A DNA stretch of 64,000 bases from Chitinivorax sp. B (GCF_005503445.1 NZ_SCOH01000011.1:34085-98084), one strand, 5' to 3'; numbered from the stretch's first letter, positions 22,039 to 33,037 are shown. Notes: generated from the letters alone by a model not told the origin. Numbers and translations are program-made.

Positions 22039-25000
22039 CTAACCCAGCCACTTACGGGCATTCCGGAACATGCGCATCCAGCCGGAATCCTCCCGCCACT
22101 CACTCGGGTACCAAGAACATTGCACCGCGCGATGCGCACGCTCAGGGTGTGGCATCATGATGGTGAAGCGGCCATCAGGCGTCGTGACCCCCGTAATACC
22201 TTTCGGAGAGCCGTTCGGATTAAGTGGATACACCTCGGTCGGCTTGCCTTTGTGGTCAATGAAGCGCAAAGCAACATTCACCTGTTTTTGCGCACTGGCG
22301 CTGGCAAACTCAGCCAAACCTTCACCATGTGAGACCACGATCGGCATTTTGCTACCCGCCATGCCCTGCAAGAACAGCGACGGACTTTCCTGCACTTCCA
22401 CCATGACAAAGCGAGCTTCAAACTGCTCTGACAGATTGCGACCAAAGTGCGGCCAATACTCAGCACCAGGAATGATTTCCTTGAGGTTGCTCATCATCTG
22501 GCAACCATTGCACACGCCCAACGCAAAGGTATCACCACGCTGGAAGAAGGCTTCGAACTGTTCGCGGGCACGACCATTGAACAGGATGGATTTGGCCCAG
22601 CCTTCGCCCGCCCCCAATACATCACCGTAAGAGAAACCACCACACGCCGCAAAGCCAGCAAATTCGCTCAATGCAACGCGGCCAGTGATGATGTCACTCA
22701 TGTGCACATCAAACGCATCGAAACCAGCCTTGGTAAAAGCGGCGGCCATTTCAGCCTGACTGTTGACACCTTGCTCACGCAAAACAGCAATACGCGGCTT
22801 GGCACCGGTTGCGATGAATGGCGCGGCAATATTTTCGCTTGGATCATATGTCAGCTCGGCAAACAGGCCGCGGTCGTGCTTATCCTGAATCCGGTCATAT
22901 TCGCTTTCAGCGCAGGCCGGGTTGTCACGCAGCATCTGCATCTGGTAACTGGTTTCCGACCAGGCACGCTGCAGACTGGTACGTGTTTCATGGAATACGG
23001 TCTTGTTGTTGCGCTTGATTTTCAGCTTGTCATCCGACGACAGCGAACCGATCACATACAGCTCACTGCGGATACCAGCACTGAAGAACGCAGCCATGAC
23101 AGCGGACGTATCGCTGCGGCGACATTGAATGACCGCGCCCAACTCTTCGTTGAACAACACACCCATGATGCGACCATTTTCAGCACGCAGCACGTCTTCC
23201 GGGGTCATTTCACCGTATTCGCGCTCACTGCGACGACGTTCGAAACACAATTCATCGATTTCAATGTTCAAGCCGACATGGCTGGCGAACATCATTTCAC
23301 ACAATGTCACGAACAGGCCGCCATCGCCACGGTCATGGTAAGCCAGCAGTTTGTCTTCGCGATTCAACTTCTGGATCACATTGAAGAATGCCATCAGTCG
23401 TTGCGAACTGACCACGTCAGGGTTGAAGTTACCGATCTGCTTGTAAACCTGTGCTAGCGCGGAACCACCCAAACGGCACTTGCCTGCACCCAGATCGATC
23501 AGAATCAGATCAGTATCGCCTGCATCGGTACGCAGCACAGGGGTCAAGGTCCGACGGACATCTTGTACTGGTGCGAATGCAGACACCACCAAACTCAGCG
23601 GTGCTGTCACCGACTTCTGTTGATTACCTTCCTGCCAGACCGTCTTCATTGACAATGAATCCTTGCCGACCGGAATACTGATGCCCAATTCCTTCGACAG
23701 ATTCATCACAGCTTCTACCGTGTCATACAGGTTTGCGTCTTCACCTGGATGGCCTGCTGGGGCCATCCAGTTGGCAGACAACTTGATATCGCCAATTTCT
23801 TCAATACTGGACGCTGCAATATTGGTAATCGCCTCACCAATTGACATGCGGCCAGCTGCTGGACCGGAGATCAATGCCAACGGTGTGCGCTCGCCCATCG
23901 CCATGGCTTCACCACGATAAGTATCGAAACCCATTGTGGTCACCGCCACGTTGGATACGGGCACTTGCCAAGGGCCAACCATCTGGTCACGGGCAGTCAT
24001 ACCACCCACGGTACGGTCACCAATCGTGATCAGGAAGGTCTTGTCCGCCACGGCTGGCAGGCGCAATACGCGATAGGCTGCCTCATCCAGACACAAGGTG
24101 GAAGAGTCGAAGCGTGGTAGGTCCAATGTGCGGTGCATTACATCACGTGTCATGCGTGGCGGCTTGCCAAGCAGCACTTGCATATCCATATCAACCGGTT
24201 TGGACTGATCATGGGCATCCGATACGGTCAGATGCTGCTCAGTCGTCGCATGGCCCAGCACAGCAAATGGGCAACGCTCTCGTTCACAAATCGACTTGAA
24301 CAACGACAGATCCGCCTCATTGATCGCCAGCATGTAGCGTTCTTGCGACTCATTGCACCAAATCTCTTTCGGTGACATGCCTTTTTCTTCGACCTTGATA
24401 TCGCGCAGATTGACCCACGCGCCACGATCGGAACCATGCACCAGCTCCGGCAATGCGTTGGATAAACCACCAGCACCCACATCATGAATCGACAGGATCG
24501 GATTCTTGTCGCCGAGCTGCCAGCAACGGTCAATGACTTCCTGTGCACGACGCTGAATTTCCGGATTACCACGCTGTACCGAGTCAAAATCCAGATCTGC
24601 AGCATTGGCCCCCGTATCCATCGATGACGCAGCCCCGCCCCCCAATCCGATCAGCAGGCCAGGCCCACCCAATTGGATGATCAAGGCACCTGCCGGCAAA
24701 TCATGCTTGCCGATATGATCGGCATCGATATTACCCAAGCCACCCGCGATCATGATCGGTTTGTGATAACCACGCATTTCGCCGGCAATCATTTCTTCAT
24801 AAGTACGGAAATAACCCGTCAGGTTTGGACGCCCGAATTCATTATTGAACGCCGCCCCTCCGATCGGGCCATCCAGCATAATCTGCAATGGGCTGGCGAT
24901 ACGGTCGGGACGACCATACTGACCGTGCGAACCATCCTTGCCAGAATATTCTTCCCAAGGCTGCCCAAAGCCTGGGATGTTCAAATTGGACACGGTGAAA

Positions 25001-26013
25001 CCTGTCAAACCGGCCTTGGGCTTCGAGCCACGTCCCGTCGCACCCTCATCACGAATCTCCCCCCCAGCACCAGTCGATGCGCCAGGGAACGGAGAAATCG
25101 CTGTCGGGTGATTATGGGTTTCCACCTTCATCAGGATATGGGTCGGACGATTGTGCCATTCCCATTTGCCATTCACCGAGTTGGGCTGCAGGCGATTGAT
25201 GGTGGTACCCTCAATGACGGAAGAGTTGTCCGAATAAGCCACCACAGTACCTTCCGGGTGCGCCTTGTGGGTTTCGCGAATCATGCCGAACAGCGACAGC
25301 GGTTTTGCTTCGCCATCGATAATGAAATCAGCATTGAAGATCTTGTGACGACAATGTTCCGAATTGGCTTGCGCAAACATCATCAACTCGACATCGGTCG
25401 GGTTGCGCTTGATCCGCTGGAAATTCTCGACCAGATACTCGACTTCATCAGGGCTCAATGCCAGCCCCCAGTCCTTGTTGGCCTCGTCCAGCGCATTCTT
25501 GCCGCCAGCGAGCAGATCGACAGTTTCCAACGGTTTGCTGTCAATATGACGGAACAGCTTGCCTGCAGATTCCACCGACTCGAACACCATTTCCGTCATG
25601 CGGTCATGAATCAGCGGAGCCAGTGCTCGGCGGTCGTTATCCGACATCCTGCCGCCAGATTTGGTGATATAGATGGCCATACCACGCTCAACACGACGGA
25701 CAGCACCAATGCCAGCATTGTGGACAATATCAGTGGCCTTGGAAGACCAGGGTGATATCGTGCCGATACGCGGCGTCACCAGCACCATCTCGCCAACGGT
25801 TGCGGCATCGATAGCGGGTGAACCGTATTCGAGCAGTTTTCCGAGGGTCGCCAGCTCCTCCGGCGTCAAGTCACGATCTACTTCCACAAAATGCCAGAAT
25901 TCGGCGTAGACGTGTTCGGCATTAATGCCGACCTGAGTCAGCCCTTGGCGTAATTTATTCAGTCGAAATGCAGACAGCGCAGCGCCGCCGCGCAGTTTGA
26001 GGATGTCAGACAT
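22039..26013 (-). CDS. purL: phosphoribosylformylglycinamidine synthase (single-chain)
   Basis: 1324 aa with FGAM synthetase and a C-terminal GATase domain (catalytic Cys context GVCNGCQMM). Confidence 0.95.
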   Translation of the reverse strand: MSDILKLRGGAALSAFRLNKLRQGLTQVGINAEHVYAEFWHFVEVDRDLTPEELATLGKLLEYGSPAIDAATVGEMVLVTPRIGTISPWSSKATDIVHNAGIGAVRRVERGMAIYITKSGGRMSDNDRRALAPLIHDRMTEMVFESVESAGKLFRHIDSKPLETVDLLAGGKNALDEANKDWGLALSPDEVEYLVENFQRIKRNPTDVELMMFAQANSEHCRHKIFNADFIIDGEAKPLSLFGMIRETHKAHPEGTVVAYSDNSSVIEGTTINRLQPNSVNGKWEWHNRPTHILMKVETHNHPTAISPFPGASTGAGGEIRDEGATGRGSKPKAGLTGFTVSNLNIPGFGQPWEEYSGKDGSHGQYGRPDRIASPLQIMLDGPIGGAAFNNEFGRPNLTGYFRTYEEMIAGEMRGYHKPIMIAGGLGNIDADHIGKHDLPAGALIIQLGGPGLLIGLGGGAASSMDTGANAADLDFDSVQRGNPEIQRRAQEVIDRCWQLGDKNPILSIHDVGAGGLSNALPELVHGSDRGAWVNLRDIKVEEKGMSPKEIWCNESQERYMLAINEADLSLFKSICERERCPFAVLGHATTEQHLTVSDAHDQSKPVDMDMQVLLGKPPRMTRDVMHRTLDLPRFDSSTLCLDEAAYRVLRLPAVADKTFLITIGDRTVGGMTARDQMVGPWQVPVSNVAVTTMGFDTYRGEAMAMGERTPLALISGPAAGRMSIGEAITNIAASSIEEIGDIKLSANWMAPAGHPGEDANLYDTVEAVMNLSKELGISIPVGKDSLSMKTVWQEGNQQKSVTAPLSLVVSAFAPVQDVRRTLTPVLRTDAGDTDLILIDLGAGKCRLGGSALAQVYKQIGNFNPDVVSSQRLMAFFNVIQKLNREDKLLAYHDRGDGGLFVTLCEMMFASHVGLNIEIDELCFERRRSEREYGEMTPEDVLRAENGRIMGVLFNEELGAVIQCRRSDTSAVMAAFFSAGIRSELYVIGSLSSDDKLKIKRNNKTVFHETRTSLQRAWSETSYQMQMLRDNPACAESEYDRIQDKHDRGLFAELTYDPSENIAAPFIATGAKPRIAVLREQGVNSQAEMAAAFTKAGFDAFDVHMSDIITGRVALSEFAGFAACGGFSYGDVLGAGEGWAKSILFNGRAREQFEAFFQRGDTFALGVCNGCQMMSNLKEIIPGAEYWPHFGRNLSEQFEARFVMVEVQESPSLFLQGMAGSKMPIVVSHGEGLAEFASASAQKQVNVALRFIDHKGKPTEVYPLNPNGSPKGITGVTTPDGRFTIMMPHPERAHRAVQCSWYPSEWREDSGWMRMFRNARKWLG

Positions 26014-26271
26014 GCGATTCTCGAAAAAACGGGGTGTGTTCGAAAAGACCTCGCATAATACCGCAAAAGGCCATCATTTTCGAGGCGAACATCGGCCGGA
26101 CCATACCTTCTCCCTTGCTCCACAATCAATTGATTGCTATTGGCAAACATCCATGTCGATACATTCCATGACAAATGAAGGCGTTTGATCGGCATCAATC
26201 CTGCTCGCCAAGCCTTTCTGTGCCATGTCCGCAACTGTTAAACTGACCAAAACGGCCACGAAAGTTTAAGC

Positions 26272-27666
26272 ATGGACTATTTCCCGACATTCATGAATCT
26301 GCAGGGGCAACCCTGTGTCGTCATTGGCGGTGGCGACGTGGCTGCCCGCAAGGCCGGGCTACTGGCGAAGGCTGGCGCCAGACTCACTATTGTCTCGCCT
26401 GAATTGTGCGCCGCGCTGCAAGCCGAGGCAGTGGCAGGTCGCCTGCTACACTTGGCAGCACCATTTGCCCCGGAACACTTGGCCAACGCCACACTGGTGA
26501 TCGCGGCAACGGATGACGAAACGGTCAATCGACAAGTTGCCGATACCGCACGCGCTCAGCGCATTCCTGTCAATGTAGTGGATCAACCCGATCTATGCAG
26601 CTTTATCATGCCTGCCATCATTGATCGATCACCCGTTGTCATCGCAGTGTCGACCGGCGGCGGCGTACCGGTACTTGCCCGCCTCATTCGCGCCAAGCTG
26701 GAAACCATGATTCCCAGCACCTATGGCGAACTAGCCAAGTTGGCGACCGAATTCCGCGACCGCGTCAAAGCACGATTTGGCAGTGTCACCGCACGCCGCA
26801 TATTCTGGGAAGACGTACTACAAGGCGATGTAGCCGAAAAGGTGTTTTCCGGCAATATCGACGCTGGCCGCAAGCTGCTGGAGCAAGCACTGCAACAAGC
26901 AGAACAAGGTACGCGCAATCTCGGTGCGGTATATCTGATCGGTGGCGGCCCAGGCAACCCGGATCTGCTTACCTTCCGTGCGTTACGGCTGATGCAGCAG
27001 GCTGATATCGTATTGTATGACGCACTGGTTGCTCCCGAAATCGTCGATCTGTGTCGGCGCGATGCAGAGCGCATCTTCGTTGGCAAGCAAAGCAGCAATC
27101 ATGCACTGCCACAGGAAGACATCAACCAGCTGCTGGTCTACCACGCCCAACAAGGTAAACGGGTAGCCCGCCTGAAAGGCGGTGACCCGTTCATCTTCGG
27201 CCGAGGTGGCGAAGAAATTGAAACCCTGGTCGAATACAACGTTCCGTTTGAAGTCGTGCCCGGCATTACCTCCGCGCAAGGCGCCTCCAGCTACGCAGGC
27301 ATCCCTCTCACCCATCGTGACCACGCCCAGTCCTGTACCTTTGTCACCGGTCACCGCCGCGATGGTGCCGGCGAAGTCGACCTCGACTGGCCCTCGCTGA
27401 CTCGGCCGGAACAAACTGTGGTGGTCTACATGGGGGTCGGGCAGTTACCTGAAATCTGCCGGCAAATGATCGCCTATGGCCGCAGCGCCAACACGCCCGC
27501 CGCCATCATCGAGCGCGCAACAACCTCTCGGCAACGGGTGGTCATCGGCAATTTGCAGTCGCTGCCAGACAAGGCAACTGAACAACAGGTCAAAGCCCCG
27601 GCACTGATCGTGATTGGTAGCGTTGTCAGCCTACATGAGAAATTGTGCTGGTTCAAAACCCAATAG
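26272..27666 (+). CDS. cysG: siroheme synthase (uroporphyrinogen-III methyltransferase / precorrin-2 dehydrogenase / ferrochelatase)
   Basis: 464 aa. It starts [31 protein letters not shown], close to E. coli CysG. The SAM-methyltransferase motif [11 protein letters not shown] is present. Confidence 0.9.
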   Translation: MDYFPTFMNLQGQPCVVIGGGDVAARKAGLLAKAGARLTIVSPELCAALQAEAVAGRLLHLAAPFAPEHLANATLVIAATDDETVNRQVADTARAQRIPVNVVDQPDLCSFIMPAIIDRSPVVIAVSTGGGVPVLARLIRAKLETMIPSTYGELAKLATEFRDRVKARFGSVTARRIFWEDVLQGDVAEKVFSGNIDAGRKLLEQALQQAEQGTRNLGAVYLIGGGPGNPDLLTFRALRLMQQADIVLYDALVAPEIVDLCRRDAERIFVGKQSSNHALPQEDINQLLVYHAQQGKRVARLKGGDPFIFGRGGEEIETLVEYNVPFEVVPGITSAQGASSYAGIPLTHRDHAQSCTFVTGHRRDGAGEVDLDWPSLTRPEQTVVVYMGVGQLPEICRQMIAYGRSANTPAAIIERATTSRQRVVIGNLQSLPDKATEQQVKAPALIVIGSVVSLHEKLCWFKTQ

Positions 27667-27730
27667 ACAAGGCACGCACCGAAGAAACACAGCCCGCGTG
27701 CACGGGCCGCTTACTTGACTGACTAGGCAG

Positions 27731-28162
27731 TTACTGTGCCTTTTCCACCTCGATCGTCGACTTGGCCGGCGGCGCAGTCGGGTCAACCGGATGGCTAGTA
27801 GTATTGATGAACCACAACTTACCATCGACCTCAATACGCGCTGTCAACGCATATTGGCGCTTAGCTTCCAATTTATTGGCAGGGTAACGCAATTTGAATG
27901 CAATCGGCACCTGCTTGCCCTTGGTCTGAATGGTCTGCTGGGCAATGGTAGTCGCAGCCACATCCATCAACGATACATCGTCAAGCCGCACCTGCACCTT
28001 GGCATTTGGAGGCAAAGCCATCCGCTCGCGGTAGACCACCCCCCCTTTCAGCACCATCATCTTGCCCACCTTTTTTGTCAGCGCCTCGGCCCCCTGAGCC
28101 ACAGAACATACTCCACTCAGCGCCAACCCAAGTAACATGACATGCATCGTCCGAATTAGCAT
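27731..28162 (-). CDS. YbaY-like (lipo)protein
   Basis: 143 aa with a signal peptide. It resembles E. coli YbaY in size and pattern (...VQVRLDDVSLMDVAATTIAQQ...GKQVPIAFKL...DGKLWFIN...). Confidence 0.55.
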   Translation of the reverse strand: MLIRTMHVMLLGLALSGVCSVAQGAEALTKKVGKMMVLKGGVVYRERMALPPNAKVQVRLDDVSLMDVAATTIAQQTIQTKGKQVPIAFKLRYPANKLEAKRQYALTARIEVDGKLWFINTTSHPVDPTAPPAKSTIEVEKAQ

Positions 28163-28485
28163 TTTGCTTCCTTATTGATGACAAATGGCTATGGTAGCCG
28201 TTTCTTAGTTACCAGAAAATCGAATGCCACCGCACCAGCCCCTTAACAATATGACTTACCCTTTTGCCGCAACGGGCGGACAGAATACACATAGAAACCA
28301 CGTGAGCCGATCTGCATCAACGAGATTTTAATCGAATAACTTGTCACATAACCGTCATATTTCCATGGCACAGTGGCGGGCAATGCAACCGTTATCGTAT
28401 ACACCTCCATTACAAACACCACATGAGCTGATATTTGCCAATTCAGATCAGCCAGTAGCGAACACATTTCAGCATACTTACTCAA

Positions 28486-28512
28486 GCCGCCAAATCTGGC
28501 GGCTTTTTATTT
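28486..28512 (+). terminator. orphan plus-strand intrinsic terminator upstream of the psp/flotillin operon
   Basis: The sequence is GCCGCCA-AATC-TGGCGGC followed by TTTTTATTT. No plus-strand CDS precedes it. Confidence 0.45.
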
Positions 28513-28583
28513 GGCCTCGTCAAACCAGCATTTCCGCAGCGGCGCAACACGCAAGTCATTTGACAGCACTGCCGTCAGAGCAA

Positions 28584-28626
28584 GACATAATATGTCTTGA
28601 CATTTTATGTCCAAAATCCAATACTC
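28584..28626 (+). promoter_or_regulatory. sigma70-like promoter (TTGACA-N17-AATACT) overlapped by two tandem palindromes GACAT-N3-ATGTC
   Basis: The sequence is AGACATAATATGTCTTGACATTTTATGTCC. It lies about 40 bp upstream of the GTG start at 28665. Confidence 0.3.
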
Positions 28627-28664
28627 AACCTGTCGCTTTCATCCTTTTACCTTGGAGACAACGC

Positions 28665-29078
28665 GTGGACTTTCTGCAACGCATCGAACAATCCCTGACC
28701 GAGGTGCAATCCCACATGGGTGGACTAGAAGTACAAATGCAACCAATTCCCGGTGAAGTGGATGTGGTTCAACTCACCATCGAGGGTCGTGAGTCACTGC
28801 CGATTTTTCTCACTCGCTCGGACGCGCAAATGTTGTGTATCTGCTACCTGTGGACCGATGCCGAAGTTAAGCCGGATCAGCGCCAGGCGATGCAAACGAC
28901 GATGCTGGATCTGAACGTAGCAGTACCGTTGTCCTCTTTCGGACGCATCCAAGACAAATATGTACTGTTCGGCGCCCTGGCAAGCCACGCGACACCCGCC
29001 GACATTGCACTGGAAATCGTGACACTCAGCGACAACTCGGTCGACGCGCTGGATGCGATGTCGGACTACCTAATCTAA
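28665..29078 (+). CDS. YjfI-like DUF2170-family protein
   Basis: A 137-aa product from a GTG start preceded by GGAG, which is the right size for DUF2170. The track ORF (28341..) cannot be real because it runs through the terminator hairpin. It is the first gene of the operon. Confidence 0.5.
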   Translation: MDFLQRIEQSLTEVQSHMGGLEVQMQPIPGEVDVVQLTIEGRESLPIFLTRSDAQMLCICYLWTDAEVKPDQRQAMQTTMLDLNVAVPLSSFGRIQDKYVLFGALASHATPADIALEIVTLSDNSVDALDAMSDYLI

Positions 29079-29088
29079 GGAGGCAAAC

Positions 29089-29808
29089 ATGAATGTGTTC
29101 AACAAAATTCTTACCGCCCTACGTGGTTCGGTTCGCGAGATCGGCGAAAGCGTGGTCGATGCCAATGCTACCCGCATCTATGAGCAGGAGATCATGGATG
29201 CCAAGCACCACTTGAGCCAAGCCAAACAGGACTTAACGCTGGTCATGGCCAAGGAAATGCAAGCACAGCGGGATATCGCACGCCTGAATGGCGAAATCGC
29301 CAAGTATGAGCAACATGCACTACAGGCCCTGGACAAGGATGCCGCCACGCTGGCAGAAGAGGTTGCAGAACGGATTGCCATACTGGAAGTGGAGCTGACA
29401 GGCCAGATCAAGGTCAAGGAGGAATTTGCCGGTAACATTGTGCGACTGAAAGAACTGATCAAACAAACTGAAGCTAAATTACGAGAACATGAGCGTGAAC
29501 TGGCCATGGCCAAAACCACCGAAAGCGTCTATCGCGCTACTCAGTCCATCTCGCAGAGTATGCATGGCGGTGGGTCCAAGCTGATATCGGCAAGGGAATC
29601 TCTGGATCGCATCAAGCAACGCCACACCGAACTGAGTGATCGTATCAAGGCCACTGAACAATTGGATAACGAGTTGGGTGACAAAGCGCTGGATGCCAAG
29701 CTAGCAGCTGCAGGTATCGGCGCACAGGTTAATGGCAAGCAGGTTGTGCTGGACCGATTGAAAGCCAAGCATCGCGGCACCGATACCTCGCCAAAACAGG
29801 ATACGTAA
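29089..29808 (+). CDS. PspA/IM30-family protein (YjfJ-like, ESCRT-III-like)
   Basis: A 239-aa coiled-coil protein with the PspA/IM30 pattern (MNVFNKILTALRGSVREIGESVVDANATRIYEQEIMDAKHHL...). A strong AAGGAGG RBS precedes it. Confidence 0.8.
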   Translation: MNVFNKILTALRGSVREIGESVVDANATRIYEQEIMDAKHHLSQAKQDLTLVMAKEMQAQRDIARLNGEIAKYEQHALQALDKDAATLAEEVAERIAILEVELTGQIKVKEEFAGNIVRLKELIKQTEAKLREHERELAMAKTTESVYRATQSISQSMHGGGSKLISARESLDRIKQRHTELSDRIKATEQLDNELGDKALDAKLAAAGIGAQVNGKQVVLDRLKAKHRGTDTSPKQDT

Positions 29809-30137
29809 TGAGCAAGCCGATTCCCAGCCGCTGGCAAAGCTCGGACACCGCCATCAAAGCCGTGCAAGTCGCATTTGATGTCGAAGAGACGGTAATGAAT
29901 GCTGTGCGCCGTGCAGCCTTTGACAATAGTTTGTCCGCTTCGGATCAAATCCGCTTGGTTCTAGGTTTGTCCGTCGCCACCAAACCAAAGCGGCCACGCC
30001 TGACTGTCTCGCTGTCGGAAGAGGATTACCGTATTCTGGGCAAACGGTATGGCATCGATCCGGACGAACGGCTAAAAATCAAGGAGCACGTCACACAAGA
30101 CCTGATCCAGTTTGCTCAAACCACCGAGGACAAATGA
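29808..30137 (+). CDS. small protein with two tandem ribbon-helix-helix (CopG/Arc-like) repeats
   Basis: 109 aa. Its start overlaps the PspA stop (TAATG). Repeat 1 (KAVQVAFDVEETVMNAVRRAAFDNSLSASDQIRLVL) and repeat 2 (RLTVSLSEEDYRILGKRYGI) both fit the RHH strand-helix pattern. Confidence 0.4.
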   Translation: MSKPIPSRWQSSDTAIKAVQVAFDVEETVMNAVRRAAFDNSLSASDQIRLVLGLSVATKPKRPRLTVSLSEEDYRILGKRYGIDPDERLKIKEHVTQDLIQFAQTTEDK

Positions 30138-30162
30138 CCCTCCTCCGCCATAAGGAACCGCC

Positions 30163-30858
30163 ATGCCACTGTGGCTTGATGCCATCCTGAGTTTTCCAAC
30201 CATCGTTTACACCATCTTACTGGTTGTCGTGGTGACTTATTGGCTGCTCGCCATTGTCGGGCTGGTCGATTTCAGCCATGGCCATCATGGCCATATGGAA
30301 TGGCACGACCTTGCGCATGGTCATGGCCACGATACCCACTTTCCTGCAGATGCGCACGGACATGGCGAAACCGATGTCAGCACGATTGCCAGTTTCGCCA
30401 TGGCGATGGGGCTTAGCGGTGTGCCCTTTTCGATTGTCGTCAGTCTGATCGTGTTCTTTGCCTGGGTTATATCGGCATTGGTGGGTGAATACGTACTGGT
30501 GTGGGTACCAACCCAGCTACTCAGAATATTGTTCGGTCTAGCAGTGATGGCAGGCGCCTTTGCAATGGCCTTGCCACTGACCGCCCTGACAATCCGTCCG
30601 ATGCGACCTCTGTTTGTCGTACACAACGCCCCACACAATGCCGGCCTGGTTGGGTTGCCCTGTCGTATTTTGACCCTAACGGTGGACGAAAAATTTGGTC
30701 AGGCAGAGGTCACGCACCAAGGCAGCACGTTCAACATCAAAATCTGGGCTCCCACACCCAATGGCTTGACCAAGGGCAGCATCAGTGCCCTGCTGGATTA
30801 CGACCAGAAAACTGGTCGTTACGAAGTGGCAACGGTCGATATCACCACCGACCAATGA
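30163..30858 (+). CDS. YqiJ/NfeD-like inner-membrane protein (His-rich loop, C-terminal OB-like beta domain)
   Basis: 231 aa with an N-terminal TM, the His-rich segment HGHHGHMEWHDLAHGHGHDTHFPADAHGHGE, further TM helices and a soluble beta-rich C-terminus. It sits directly upstream of the flotillin gene, as in yqiJ-yqiK and nfeD-floT pairs. Confidence 0.5.
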   Translation: MPLWLDAILSFPTIVYTILLVVVVTYWLLAIVGLVDFSHGHHGHMEWHDLAHGHGHDTHFPADAHGHGETDVSTIASFAMAMGLSGVPFSIVVSLIVFFAWVISALVGEYVLVWVPTQLLRILFGLAVMAGAFAMALPLTALTIRPMRPLFVVHNAPHNAGLVGLPCRILTLTVDEKFGQAEVTHQGSTFNIKIWAPTPNGLTKGSISALLDYDQKTGRYEVATVDITTDQ

Positions 30859-30964
30859 CAACCATGCCTTCTGACCAGCGGTCCGAGACATCCAACAATC
30901 AAGTGCAACGACAAGGCTACGTATTCGGGGCACGGCAATAGATAACAACACAAATGAGGAAAAT

Positions 30965-33037
30965 ATGGAAATTCTGCTGATTGCCAGTGGCATACTGACG
31001 CTGATCATCTTTGGTGCATTCGTGCTGTTTGCCAAGTTCTATCACAAAGTAGAGCAAGGTCACGCCATGATCGTCAACACCTTGCGCGCTGAACCGGAAG
31101 TGACCTTCACCGGCCGTATGGTCTACCCCATCATCCATATTAAGGAACTGATGGATATCTCGGTGAAAACCGTGGTGATCAAGCGCACAGGAAAAGAAGG
31201 CTTGATCTGCTCGGACAACATTCGTGCCGATATCGAGGTCACCTTCTTCGTCCACGTCAACAAAACCACTGAAGACGTCCTGAAAGTCGCCCAGACTATC
31301 GGTTGCAACCGCGCCTCCAGCCAGGAAACCTTGGAAGAACTGTTTGCCGCCAAATTTTCAGAGGCGTTGAAAACCGTTGGCAAAGCAATGAAGTTTGAAG
31401 ATCTGTACCAGGAACGTGACAAGTTCCGTGACGAAATCATCCGCCAGATCGGCAACAACCTGTCCGGTTACGTACTGGAAGATGCCGCCATCGATTATCT
31501 GGAACAAACCCCGCTCGATAAGCTGGACCCGAACAATATTCTGGATGCACAAGGCATCCGCAAGATTACCGAACTGACCGCCATCGAACACGTGCAGACC
31601 AACGAGTTGCAACGTAACGAGCAGATGCAGATCAAGAAGAAAGACGTCGAAACCCAGGAAACCTTGCTGGAACTGGAACGCCAACAAGCGGATGCGCAAG
31701 CCCGCCAAACCCGTGAAATCGCCTCAGTCCGTGCTCGCGAACAAGCCGAGGCCGCCAAGATCCAAGCGGAGGAAAATGCCAAGGCCGAGTTGGCACGCAT
31801 CCAGTCCGAACAAGTGATTGCCGTACAACAGGAGAACATGCAACGCGAGAAGGAAGTTGCCGAAAACAACCGTAAGCGAGCGGTGGCCATCGAGGAAGAA
31901 AAAGTCACCCGTGCCCGTCAATTGGAGATCGTCGATCGCGAGAAAGAAGTAGCCTTGCAGGAAATCGACAAAGAAAAGGTATTGGAAATCCAGAAGAAAG
32001 CCATCGCAGACGTCATCCGCGAACGCATCGTGGTGGAACGCACCGTGGCCGAGCAGGAAGAAGCCATCAAGGAACTACGTAAAGTCGCGGAAGCTGACCG
32101 TAACAAAAAAGCCGTGGTCATCACAGCAGAAGGCAAGGCCGAGGAAAAACTGGTGATCGACGTGAAAGCAGCTGAGGCTGAAGAACGCCGCGCCAAGCAC
32201 AAGGCGCAGGAAGAATTGACCTTGGCTGAAGCCCGCCTGAAAGTGGCCGAGAAACAGGCGGAAGCCAAGAAACGGGAAGCCGAGGGGATGGAAGCGGTCG
32301 CCGCCGCACCTGGGCTGGCTCATGCCAAGGTACAAATGGCATCTGCCGACGCCACCGAAAAACAAGGCATGGTCGACGCCAAGGTGAAAATCGCCAGTGC
32401 CGAGGCCGTCACCAAATTGGGGAATGCCGAAGCCGAAGCGCTGTTGGCCAAGCTGGAAGCGGAAGCACAAGGCAAACAACAACTAGGCTTGGCGGATGTG
32501 CAAGTCAAAACGGCTGATGCACAAGCGGTTGAAGCACGCTTCCAGGCCGAAGCCAAGGGCCTGCGTGAGAAATTCGCCGCCATGAAGGAAATGAGCGACG
32601 ATACCCGCTCTCACGAGGAATTCCGGATGCGTCTGGACAATGCCCACATCGAAACGCTCAAGGCGATCGAGGCCAACACGGTGATCGCCAAGGAACAAGC
32701 GGCAATGATCAGTACCGCCCTGGGCAATGCCAAGATCGACATCGTCGGCGGCGAAGGAGATTACTTCCAGAAATTTGTCGGTGCCCTGGGTACGGGCAAG
32801 GCAATAGACGGCATCATCAACCGTAGCCAGACACTGCAACTGGCACTGAAAGACCACCTGACCGGTGAGCGTGACTTCATCGAAGATGCCAAGGGCTTAC
32901 TGGGCAGCCTTGGCAATTCGGCAGATGAGCTACAGAACCTGAGTGTTGCCGCCCTGCTGTCGAAAGTGATGAACAATGGCAGCGACGAGCAGAAAGCGGC
33001 ACTGACCAGCTTGCTGGCAGGGTTCAAGAAGCCTTGA
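30965..33037 (+). CDS. flotillin-family protein (SPFH/band-7 domain plus long EA-rich coiled coil), YqiK-like
   Basis: 690 aa with an N-terminal TM, an SPFH domain and an extended Glu/Ala/Lys-rich coiled-coil region. A GAGGA RBS precedes it. Confidence 0.85.
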   Translation: MEILLIASGILTLIIFGAFVLFAKFYHKVEQGHAMIVNTLRAEPEVTFTGRMVYPIIHIKELMDISVKTVVIKRTGKEGLICSDNIRADIEVTFFVHVNKTTEDVLKVAQTIGCNRASSQETLEELFAAKFSEALKTVGKAMKFEDLYQERDKFRDEIIRQIGNNLSGYVLEDAAIDYLEQTPLDKLDPNNILDAQGIRKITELTAIEHVQTNELQRNEQMQIKKKDVETQETLLELERQQADAQARQTREIASVRAREQAEAAKIQAEENAKAELARIQSEQVIAVQQENMQREKEVAENNRKRAVAIEEEKVTRARQLEIVDREKEVALQEIDKEKVLEIQKKAIADVIRERIVVERTVAEQEEAIKELRKVAEADRNKKAVVITAEGKAEEKLVIDVKAAEAEERRAKHKAQEELTLAEARLKVAEKQAEAKKREAEGMEAVAAAPGLAHAKVQMASADATEKQGMVDAKVKIASAEAVTKLGNAEAEALLAKLEAEAQGKQQLGLADVQVKTADAQAVEARFQAEAKGLREKFAAMKEMSDDTRSHEEFRMRLDNAHIETLKAIEANTVIAKEQAAMISTALGNAKIDIVGGEGDYFQKFVGALGTGKAIDGIINRSQTLQLALKDHLTGERDFIEDAKGLLGSLGNSADELQNLSVAALLSKVMNNGSDEQKAALTSLLAGFKKP

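Noticed and set aside
22447-23457. Long antisense ORFs inside purL (22447..23457, 336 aa; 24673..25755, 360 aa) and similar shadow ORFs inside pyrG (60517..61248), eno (58613..59518), the transposase remnant (43421..44155), aotJ (9840..10658), phasin (17323..18135), gdhB (11172..11636), the giant ATPase (36378..37085) and flotillin (31358..32857)
   Set aside because: They lie fully within well-supported genes on the opposite strand. They have Ala/Arg/Gly-rich composition typical of GC-rich antisense frames and no ribosome-binding sites, so they are frame shadows.
27667-27730. Hairpin AGCCCGCGTGCACGGGC between convergent cysG and ybaY as a bidirectional terminator
   Set aside because: The stem is short and GC-rich but lacks a flanking T-run or A-run on either side. 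It may contribute to termination but is too weak to call as a feature.
28341-28664. N-terminal extension of the ORF-track ORF 28341..29078 (245 aa)
   Set aside because: The reading frame passes straight through a strong terminator hairpin with a T-run (28486-28512) and through the candidate promoter and palindromes. DUF2170 proteins are about 130-140 aa. The GTG at 28665 with an upstream GGAG is the credible start.
30965-33037. Repetitive GAAGC/GCCGA-rich DNA in the flotillin gene as a possible DNA repeat element or VNTR
   Set aside because: It is the coding consequence of a long Glu/Ala/Lys-rich coiled-coil region. There are no exact tandem units at the nucleotide level.
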